A stretch of 64,000 bases of DNA, from the NCBI GenBank assembly GCA_016748015.1, contig JAAOMT010000762.1, positions 558,001-622,000 on the forward strand. Direction: 5' to 3'. Source of the DNA: Geosiphon pyriformis uo1. Taxonomy: Eukaryota > Fungi > Glomeromycota. A model generated the notes under the pieces. That model was not told the DNA's origin and searched no databases. It worked only from the letters and a program-made list of their open reading frames with translations. Numbering within the stretch: position 1 is the stretch's first letter; every line of letters starts with the position of its first letter. The translations under genes and the position numbers were made by a program. This document shows, in pieces, positions 27,318-38,131 of this stretch.

Positions 27318-30061
27318 ATAATAAATAATCAAAAACAATCTTGTAAAACTAGAAAATATGTATAAAAATAAGTAGTTTTAACAAATAAAAAAAAGAAAAA
27401 AAGATAAAAATTCATTTCCTTAAAAACATATCTTAGCTTTAAAACTTGATAAATTTTTTTTATCTTATTTTTTCTATATTTTTATATTCACAATTAAATA
27501 AAATATTGTTTAATTTACTTGTATATAATCTTCAAATTGTGTTGTCAAAATCAAGTTAATTATTTTTTTTATTTTTATTCCAGACCAGATACTATTAGCA
27601 TAAGCAGTTTCAGAATCCTAACAACTTAAACTAATTGTTTTTGATTATAATAATTAACAATACTAATTTTATTTTCTTATTTTCATTTTTTTTGAATTTT
27701 TTTTTTTTTTTTGGTAAAGTAGTTATATTAAAAAATTAACTGTTTGAAAATAGACTTTGTAAAAAAAGAAACTTTTTTTAGGTTTAAATATTAATTTTAT
27801 CTTGTTAGCTTATCAGAAGAACAAAAAAATAACACTAAACTTTAGTAATTGTACTTGACTAGTTCAAAAAAGATAGTTTACATATATTTAACTGTAAACA
27901 GTTAAACCATATTTCTGTATCTTATAACCAAAAAACTCTATAAATAAATTCACATTTATTAAAAACTTTTAGAGACTGATAACCCTGATCTGTTTTTTAT
28001 ATTAAACAAATAAAACTCTTCAAGCTTTTTAACTGAAAATTAGAGCACTAAATATTATTATTATATCTTATTAAAGTTACTTATAATAATAAAACTTTTT
28101 GTATTATTTGTGAAAAGATCTTATTTAATGAATACAACTGAATTAATATGCAATTTAAAAAAGTTACATGTGATTTTATTTGTCAATATATTATCTTTAT
28201 AACCAACTAAGTAAGAGAAAAAACCTTTTTTAATACCATTTATAATAGAATTCTTAATTATATATATTATTATTTATATAATACTAAACAACTATATAAT
28301 ATGACTAAAACAAACATACAAAGTAGAATGGCCAAAAAAATTCGAAATTGAAAAGCACTTTTAAAAGTAATTAAGGAAATTGCTAAGTACAATCTTTTAG
28401 ACTCTTTAAAAAAATTTCAAAATTATTATCAAAAATTTTGTTTATATAAAAAGAACAGAAACAATATCTTGTACAAATTAATACTTATTTATATAAAAAC
28501 TACTTAATTTTTTGTTAATTACAATAGTATTTTAACTATTAATCTTAGTTTAAACCATTAGAAAAAGCAATTTAATTTGGAAATTATTTAGATCTTAAAG
28601 TATAAGATAAAACTCCAAAAATATTAGAAATGCTAATAAATAACTTATATATTTTTATTGATTTTTAACAAGAGCTTAATATTAAATGTTTTTTTAATAA
28701 CAACCAAAAAATTCTATCAAAATAAGCACATATAAATGATGTTAAATTTGATTTTTGATACTCTGAAAATTAAACACTAATATTAGAATCTTTTACTATT
28801 ATCATAATTAATTTAAAAATAGTATTTAAAATACCAATTAGAATTATGTTATAATAACTCCTTAATTTAGTTCAGCCAGAAATAAAATTAATAAAAAAAA
28901 AATTATAAATTCCAAATATACAGAAAATTTTATAATCTTATTATACAATAAATCAGTAATTAAACTAAAAAAAATTGTACAAGCAATTTTCTTACTTTTA
29001 CTTTGAATTGACAAATTAATCACTATTAAAATCTGAAAAAAGCTAAAAAAAACCAAATACAAAACTTAAAGTTTTAGTTTTACAAAAACAGTTATTTTAT
29101 CTGTTAATTATATAGAAATAATACAAAAAAACTTAAAAATAATTTGAATTAATAAAATAATGACAATTTTATTTTTTAAAATATATTTATTTAACACATA
29201 TAAAAAAGCAATAAAAAAAATCTTATATTTAAGCCTTATGCTTTTTTCTATGAACAATTTTTAATTGGTTTTATCAACTTATACATATTATATTATAGCT
29301 ATTTGTAAATAGAAATACTTATTTACAACTTATCTAAAAAAACTATATACTTATCTAAGAATACAGTTTAAAATATTTGAGCATAGATATTATTAATAAA
29401 CATAAACTCAAAAAATCTTTAACTTTTCTCAGTTGGTATTATATTACAAAACTAAATTAATTCTATTAAAGCCAAATATTAAATATTATTAAATAACCAG
29501 TGAAAAGTTAATTAAGCTTAATCTTAGATTACTAGATTCTGTTTAACAAAACAATTAAAAGCACTTATCTTAAAATACTTAGATATTTTTGCCAAAGAAA
29601 ATAAATTTAGTCAAATTAACTTGGTTTATTATCAGTTTTATACAGAAAATACATTATTTATTAAGCAATAAATTTATTAAATATTACTGCCTGAACATAA
29701 TTTTATAAAAAAAAAAGTCGATTAAATGTTAAAAAACAGACTTATACAATCTTTTATAAATTCATAGTTTTTATTTGTTATATTAATACAGCTAAATCTA
29801 AGATAACTTATACTAAGATAATCTATAATTTGTAATAAGTCATGACATTTTAAATCTACTAATTTAGTAGTTAAAAAATTCTTATGTTTATAATTCATAC
29901 CTGTAATATCCAATACATAACTTTTTACTGTTAGTATGAGTTATTTTAAGTGTTAAATTTAGTTTAAATTTTGTTAATTCTGATAAAATTACAGTAAAGC
30001 AAACCAATATTTTTATAACTAAAAATGCTATATGATAATATAACATTACTTATTCAACAGA

Positions 30062-30905
30062 ATAATTATTAATTATGTAAGTAATCAAGTTAGAGTTTTG
30101 AATTATTCTAAGTTTTAAATTATTATTAATTGTGTAAATAATCAAATCGAAATTTTGAATTGTCCTAAGTTTTAAATTATTATTGATTTTGTGAGTAATT
30201 AAGTTATAGTTTCAAATTGTCTCAAGTTTTAAATTATTATCAATTGTATGAGTAATTAAGTTGAAATTTCGAATTGTCCCAAGTTTTAAATTATTATTGA
30301 TTGTATAAGTAATAAAGTTAAAATTTCGAATTGTTTTAAGTTTTAAATTATTACTGACTTTATAAATAATCAAGTCAAAGTTTTAAATTGTTTTAAGTTC
30401 TAAATTATTATTAATTGAATAAATAATCAAGTCAGAGTTTTGAATTATTTCAAGTTTTAAATTATTATTAATCTTGTAAATAATCAAATCAGAGTTTCAA
30501 ATTGTCTTAAGTTCTAAATTATTATCAATTGTATAAATAATTAAGTCAGAGTTTTGAATTGTTTTAAGTTTTAAATTATTACTAATCTTGTAAATAATCA
30601 AGTTATAGTTTCAAATTGTTCCAAGTTTTAAATTATTATCAATTGTATAAATAATCAAGACAGAATTTTGAATTGTTCCAAGTTCTAAATTATCATTAAT
30701 TGTATGAATAATTAAGTTGGAGTTTCAAATTGTTCCAAGTTTTAAATTATTATTAATTATATAAGTAATTAAGTCAAAGTTTTGAATTGTTTCAAGCTTT
30801 AAATTATTATTAATTGTATGAATAATTAAATCAAAGTTTTAAATTGTTTTAAGTTTTAAATTATTATTAATTATATGAATAATCAAGTCGAATTTTTGGA
30901 TTAGT
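30062..30905. repeat. 57-bp minisatellite, ~15 units, in the 5' region of the pogo-like element
   Basis: Unit ~AATAATCAAGTCAGAGTTTTGAATTGTTCCAAGTTTTAAATTATTATTAATTGTATG. The phase shifts 3 nt per 60-nt line. Confidence 0.95.
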
Positions 30906-30957
30906 TCTATCTAATCAAAGTTTTAATTGTACTTTTCTTTTGCTTTTTAATTTCACC

Positions 30958-32475
30958 ATGTCTAATAGCAAAAAGCATGTTATCTTTTTAGCTTGTATTT
31001 TGCAAAATTATGAGAATGCTACACTTTATAATATGCTTATAGAACTTGATTGATATTATAAAAATGATAAAACCCAATTAAAAACTACAAGGCACTTTAA
31101 GAAAAACAGTTTTCTATACATAAAACAATTTCTTGTTTTGGCTTAAATCAAAAATAAATCAAATTTTCATTCATGAACAAATACAATATATGACTTACCA
31201 ACAAGTGTATACATACAGTATGTAATTTTAACTTTAATAAAGCACTTGTTATTTTTGTTCAAAAGACAGAATTGTATGAAATAATACTTACTGAAAATAT
31301 AATTCGAACTGCTAGCATAAAGTTTTATAATCAATTGAATATTTTAGAAAATAAACATTAAAAGCTATTCAATAGCTGATTTGAAAACTTTAAAGATCAT
31401 GTTGAATTGTATTTACTTTACTTTTATAATAAGTATTATCAGTTAATATTGAGTGTATTGGAGATAAATGAGTGTATATAATGATATTTTTTGCTAATTA
31501 GAAGTTATGCAATATTTTTAATATAAATAAAACAACACTATTTTATATTATACCACTAAATCAAGATTTTACTATAATACTATATCATGATACTAAACAA
31601 TTAAAAGTGTAATTGATACTTGTTTTTATAATTAATAGTAATAAAACTAAATATTTGCTACTATTTATTATTGATCATGCTAAACATTTATGCTGTTTTC
31701 AAAAAATAGAAAAGCAATTTGGTTTTTAATATTATTCAAACACTTATACTTAAATGACTGGTATATTTTTTGATAATAGTTTGTTAATTAAGATTATTAA
31801 CTATATAAAAAAAATCAAAACATATTGTTGTTAGTAAATAATTTTGTTAATTTTAATTATAATATAAAATTTATTATAAATATTTATATAGAACAGTTTG
31901 TATCTAACTTAACAATACATATTTAGTCTATAGATGCTATAATTATTTATTGTTTTAAAACACATTACTGTTACCATTTTTTTATCATTCATTGGATTTT
32001 TTTGATAATAGTATTAATGATATTTATGTAATTAACTAACTTTAAGCAATATGTTTAATTTATAAAACATGTTTTAAATGAAATAATTGCTTATTATTAA
32101 CACAAAGTTGGCATTTTTTTAATCAATACAAATGACAACTTTTAAAATAAAACTGCAAACTTAAAAATAATAATTAATTATAATTAAAAAATAGTATTAA
32201 AAAAGATTAGGAATTGCTACAAAAAGTTTAATTGCATATAACCAAATTATATATACTTATTAATTAAAGAGTTGGTAAATCTATCTAAAAAAAACAATAC
32301 AATTACTTTGAAACATTTAAATAAAAATAAGATTGCAAATTATATTATAACAAATCATAAAACAAAACATAATAGCTCTGATAAAAAACAAAAAATACAG
32401 AAAGTAATAAATATTAAGAATATACTAATTGTTATTACAAATCTTGAACAGTTTATAGAGCAAGAAATTTTATAA
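30958..32475 (+). pseudogene. CENP-B/pogo-type HTH + DDE_1 transposase pseudogene
   Basis: Decayed motifs: NS*FENFKDH (GWL..FK.R), IFNINKTTLFY (IFN.DET.LF), LLLFIIDHAKHLCCF (PL.IIG.AK.PRCF), ILLLVNNF (LLL.DN), HI*SIDAIIIYCFKTHY (QP.D.GII..FK.HY). Confidence 0.85.
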
Positions 32476-35400
32476 TGCAGTTAATAAGCTTGTTTATATT
32501 AAATATATACTTTATAAAAGAATACAAGATAAATAAAAACAAACAATTTTTACAAATTTCTTTAATATTGCATAAATTATTTAAAAATTCTTATAAGAAT
32601 ATGCAAATAAATTTATTTTTTAATAATATTATATTTATTTTTATTATATATATATTATATATACTTAAATCTGAAAAAACTTATAACATGTAATAACTCA
32701 TAGCAATTTGTTTTTATCAAGAATATAAGTTATTTCAGATTTGACTATATAAAAAAAAAATTAAATAAATTCTGTGTTAATTATAAAAAATTTAATATTA
32801 TTATAAAAAAGAATATTTATTTTTTATTACAAATTAATAAAATTTTAAATATTTTAAGTAAATTCAAATGGTTTTTAATCTTAAATTTCATTAGTAGATA
32901 TTAAAAAATAACTATAAATTCCAATGACCAAAAAAAAACCACTTTTACAATTCAAAATAATAATTATAAATTTAATATATTACTATTTAGATTAACTAAT
33001 ATCTTTGTATTATTTTAAAGACTAATAAATATCATCTATTTTAGAATTTTGTAAAAATCAGTCATAATCTACTTAAATAACACAAACATATTTTTTTCAA
33101 CATTTGAGATTTATTTTAAATATTTGTAACAAGTTTTTAAAAATCTTTAAACTATTAAACTGAAATTTAATCCCAAAAAATACTTTTTCAAAAAATCATA
33201 ATTTGTTTTTTTAAGACACATAATTAGAAAAAATAAACTCTTCTATGTTTATAATGTTTTGAATAATAGAGCATATAAGTTATGTTTAAGTAAAAAAATT
33301 TTGAAAAAAGTTGTACATAATAATTAATTAAAAATTTATTATTAACAACAATTATCTGATTTGTTAACATCTGAATTAGAAACACATATATCAATTATAT
33401 CTTCTGACCAAATCTTACAAAACTTGGAACCAATAATAATTATTGAACATTATCTAAAAGACAATTAATTTGATCAATTCTATTTTAGTTATTATTATTA
33501 ATATTTAAAAAAAATTAAAACAATTCCAAAAATAATTAGAAAAATCAAAAACATTAAATTATTAAAAAAATTTTTTAATTTTAATATATAAAAATAAATT
33601 ATTTTAGTTATTTATTTTATTATAAATATATTTAAAAATATTATAAATACTTCACAACTTTTATTTTGGCTACTATAAAAATATAATTTTTCATTAAAAA
33701 TTACTCTTAATAATTTTAAAATATTATATAAAAAAAATTCAGCCATACAAAAAAACAAGTTAAACAAAAATCATTTTAACTTTTATCATAAAAAACAAAA
33801 AAGTATCAACATATTAATTAATAAAATCATAAAAAAATTTTAACTTTTAAAAATTATAATGCCTAAAGAAAAAACAAACTTAATTGCTTTTTTTGCTATA
33901 TATATTTTATAATAGCTGCACAATTAGACTTTCAAACAATTTACAATAAAAAAAACAATAAGAAATTTAATAAAACAAAACTTCAAAAGTTTAAAAAACT
34001 GACTAGAAAAAGCAATTCTAAGCACTATTTTAGAACAATACACTAACTTTATGTACTGTTTTAATATTATTTAAAAGTACTATTAACAAATAAAATAAAT
34101 ATACTTATTTTTAATAAAATTAGAAAACTTACTAACAAAAAATTTCAAGACTTACAAAAATGAATAGTCTTAACAAGTATGCAGAATTTTATGTTAAATA
34201 TTAATATTAAAAAAATACACATTAATTTTAACAGAACTTAATCTTAAAAAAAAAAATATTATTCAAAAAAAATCAAAAAAAAATCAAAAATAATAATATT
34301 ATAATATATTAATCAATCATTAAATAACAATATAAATAATATAAATTAATAAACAAAATTAGAAAATATAACATATATACAATAATATATAAAACATGTA
34401 CAAACATATCCAATTTAATATAATTATAAACAAGTAAGCCAAAAAACACTTACAATTAAATAAAAAATCTAATAGCTTAATAATTACTTATTAATAGGCA
34501 TATATATATATATAATAACTTTTTAATTAGAAAAAAACAGAATAATAAGAAGTTAATTAAATAAAAGAAAAAAAAAAAGTGAAAAAATTAGATTATAATT
34601 CTAAAAAAAGCTGAAAAATATGTTTTTTTAGCTTTAAATTATAATATTTACTGATACTAAGATTAGTAAAATTAAAAATCTTTTTTTTTTATAATCTAAA
34701 CCACAAAAAAGACTGTTAAATCTTTTCTGTTGTTACTTTTTATTATTAAAAACAATAAAATACTTGACACAATAACAGAGCATGGATAAAATTTAAGCTT
34801 GACAAAATTAAAAACATGTTAGAAAAATATACTCTATATATAATTATATAAAATTTACTCATATTAATATCTTGGCCAAAATCAACAATTAATTTAAAAA
34901 TCTGAAACAATTTCTTTATGTTTTGAAAAAATAATCTCTGATCAAAATTATTTTCAAATACTAATTTTGTTAAATTCTGTTTTTTTTTTTAATTTTTTTT
35001 AAATTTATTAAAAATAGAATACTATCTTATTACAAGTAAAAAAATACAGATATTTGATATTAGCATAATATAAAATATATATATTTATAAAAGTCTCAAA
35101 AAAAAACACAATTAAAAGTATAAAGATATAATAAAATTTTTTTTTGGAGAATTAACATAGTAATAGCTATTAACAATAATTTTAATGAGAATATTACACA
35201 ACATATTAAATCAAATAAAAGAATACTTACTAAAAAAAATTATCTAATATTTGCTAAAAGTTAAGAAAAACTTATGGAAATAATTTTCAAGTTCTTAAAT
35301 AAAAAAATAATAATAATCTATCAAACAAAAATCTAGCATAAATTAAGAATAAGCTTTATTAAAATTAATATATTATCTACATATTACAATTAAATAATTT

Positions 35401-36960
35401 TTAATATTATTATTTAATTTAAGGCTATATTAAAAGTTAATTATAGTATAATCTCCAAAAAAAACACATTTTGTAATAATAATAAGATAGTATTATTAAT
35501 AAAAAAAATCTTAACTTTTTATTTGCTATATATTAAAATTTTTTTTGTATAGATGATTATTGGATATTGCTTTCTATATCTAATTCAAATTTTTTAAAAG
35601 AAACTTTTATACTGTAGTTTTTTTTAAGTTGTAGATAATAATTTTTTGTGTATTTCTTAATTTCTTTGTTAATAAAAAGAAAAGTTTTCATAATTGCTCT
35701 TTTGGTAGTTAAAATTAAGTATAATAACAAGTTTTAATAAATTTGCTTTTTGAGTTTTCTAGTATTTGCTGTTTTACTTAAATGATAATAAACTTTAATA
35801 TATATGTAATTAAAAATTTACTTTTAATGAGAATTGTTTCTTCTAAAATTCTAAAGTTTTCTTAAAAGTGTTAATATAGTGCTTTTTTAAAAAACAAGTA
35901 ATTTTTTTTGAGTGTTCTAATAGTTATTATTTTGTGAATTTTCTGAACGCTTTGTTTTTATAAATTTTATAATCTTACAAAAAGCACCAAATATTATAGA
36001 TAAACTTGATAAAACAATGTTATAATTTTTAGTGTTTATAATTTGAAAACTAATTAAATATAAATATAATAGTTTTTTTAACTATATTAGTTATTAGTCT
36101 TTAAAAACTTTCTTATCTAAAGTTATATCTACTAAGTTTTTTTGTTATAAAACACAAAATTCTGGTTTTTTTAATTGTGCTGTTCTTATTATATTTCTTT
36201 CTAAGTTAATAAGCATAATTACTAAGATTTGGTATTGTCTTTTTACTTTTTTAATAACCTAATAAGATAAAGTTAATATTCAAATTTAGAGAAAACTTCT
36301 TTCTTTTACCAAGTTATTATAAAGTTTATTTTTATATAATTAATTTTTAATATTGTCATTTTACAAAAGAAAAAAGAAAAGAAAAAAAAAATAAATAAAT
36401 AAAAAATAGAAAAAAAAAATATTGTTAATTACTGTGATAAAAAACAATTGGTCCAAATTATTAAGATTTTAAAGTAGTTTATGCTAATAATATCTGGTTT
36501 AAAATAGAGCTAATAAAAACAAACAATTTAATTTCAATACTTAGACTATAGAAATTATTTAAATGTAAATTAAATAATAAAATATTATTAAATTGATTTA
36601 CAAATATATAAGATAAAATTTAATTTAAGCTAAAATTAAGATATAAAAAGAAAAGTAATTTTTGTTTTTTTTTAATTTGTTAAAATTACTTATTTTTATA
36701 TATATTCTTTAGTTTTACAAAATTGTTTTTAATTGTTTGTTATTATTAACTATTACTTATTATTTTTGTTATTGCTTTATTTTTTTATACTATAACTAAT
36801 TATTCTATGTTATAATTAGTTATTTAGTGCTATTTTATATTATTGTGTATTATTTTAAATTATTTTGTATTATTTTATATTATTACATTTTTTTTTATAT
36901 TATTATGTGTTAATTACATTTTTTCAATAGTTTTAAATAAGTTTTTTGACTCAAATAATA

Positions 36961-37350
36961 GTAAATAAGTTTTTAGGTATACAGATGTTTACTTCTAATT
37001 TGAATTTTGAGTATTTAAGTATTAATATTGCTTTAATTATAAATAAATATTTAGCCAAGCATGTTTTAAAAATTTTGAAAATTCTTAATAAGTTTTTAAT
37101 AATCTGTTTATTGTTTAAAAACAAATAATTAGTTTTTGTATTAAAGTTATATACAGATACATTTTTGAAAAAACATTTGAACTAAGCAGTTATTATTGGT
37201 TTTTTTTTAGTTTATATATATAATAAAAATACTTTTATTATTTTAAGAGATAATTTTAATAAAAATAATGTTAAATATAGTGCCAATTTCAAAAAATATA
37301 TAAATTTGGGTTTGGTTAATTTCTTAATTAGTAGTTTATTTATTAAGTTT
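36961..37350 (+). mobile_element. Continuation of the LINE APE endonuclease interrupted at 13474
   Basis: NKFLGIQMFTSNLNFEYLSINIALIINKYLAKHV...ICLLFKNK, followed by a decayed ILGDFN motif near 37240-37260. Confidence 0.75.
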
Positions 37351-37379
37351 TCTATTTAAAAAAACTCTAAAAACATTAA

Positions 37380-38131
37380 AAAAACTATTAACTTCATTTT
37401 TATTTTATCTAACTTGGTAAATACATATAGTTTAGTAAAATATTTTAACTAAACAATGTGTAAATTATTAGCCAAAGTTTCAACCAATTTTGAGCAGAAA
37501 TGGAATATCTTTATTTTATTAATATTATTAATATATAGAATACTAAAACAGAATACAATAAAACACACATTATTTAATTTGACTTACAAAAAACAGCAAT
37601 ATTACTAATTAATTTTGTTATAGAAACATATTCAGTATAACTAATTACAGAAAAATACTTTCAAAAAACATTTTAATAAAGAGCCTATACTTTTTTCAAT
37701 ATATTAAAAAAAAAACAATAAATTATAGCAATTTATATTAAATATTTCTAAACTCAACAAAAAAACAGCATAATAACAAACTACTATTTATTACCAACAA
37801 ATTCAAAATTAAAAACAAAGTTTTTTTGCACAAAATTAAGACAAAAAACAATAAAATAAAAAATTTAAACATAATAAAATAGACTATTCTATATTAATAA
37901 AGTTCTAAACAATAGATTATATAAGTTAAGACTTAATAACAAAGTTTTAGTAAAAATTGTACATGAAAATTGATTAAAACACTATTATTTTAGAGCCAAT
38001 TCTGAATCATTAATTCCACAAATTAGTATAAATTCTTTTTTAATTAATTTTAAAGATATTTTCTAAAATTTAAAAACAATAGTTATAATAAAACAATAAT
38101 CAAATTTAAATATTAAATTTATTTATATTAA
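37380..38131 (+). mobile_element. Family-C integrase C-terminal fragment
   Basis: Aligns with ~51440-52180, for example TTAGCCAAAGTTTCAACCAATTTTGAGCA. Confidence 0.8.

Larger units (their letters stand above)
19080..28088 (+). mobile_element. Family-B 3' end: ORF3 tail, decayed PPT and 3' LTR (19339-19577 + 27318-28088) split by element A
   Basis: AAGCTCAATTTTAAAAAAAATA precedes the LTR (compare GAGCTCAATCTTGAGGAGGAGA at 52950). The two LTR halves rejoin to match the 13657 copy. Confidence 0.7.
29789..32747 (+). mobile_element. pogo/Tigger-like (Tc1/mariner superfamily) DNA transposon, 2.96 kb, with TIRs and TA TSD
   Basis: Left end TA|CAGCTAAATCTAAGATAACTTATA; right end (reverse complement) TA|TAGTCAAATCTGAAATAACTTATA. 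Host RT is contiguous across it. Confidence 0.88.
28089..34260 (+). mobile_element. Heavily decayed dUTPase-bearing Ty3/Gypsy (family E): Cys-rich region, dUTPase (~28690-29090), RT split by a DNA transposon, internal deletion near 33235, integrase tail, ORF3, PPT; probable LTR beyond 34257
   Basis: Colinear with element C 47900-50100 after allowing transitions. The RT motif SP.VLV|KKK..FCVNYKKFN rejoins across 29789-32747. Confidence 0.7.
13475..36960 (-). mobile_element. Outer Ty3/Gypsy family-B element, inflated to 23.5 kb by nested insertions: 5' LTR 35992-36960, PBS ~35973-35991, gag start ~35500-35970, 3' LTR remnant 13475-13656
   Basis: 13475-13656 aligns with 35992-36190. On the minus strand TTTGGTGCTTTT follows the LTR. 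Flanks ATAA (13471-4) and GTAA (36961-4) form a decayed 4-bp TSD, and the host LINE frame rejoins across it. Confidence 0.7.

Noticed and set aside
13657-28088. The two plus-strand B LTRs as the ends of one element
   Set aside because: Flanks TTGT and ATAA do not match, and the sequence after 28088 is not the rest of the interrupted LTR.
30062-30905. CRISPR array
   Set aside because: Units are head-to-tail with no unique spacers, no cas genes are present, the context is eukaryotic, and variation is mostly transitions.
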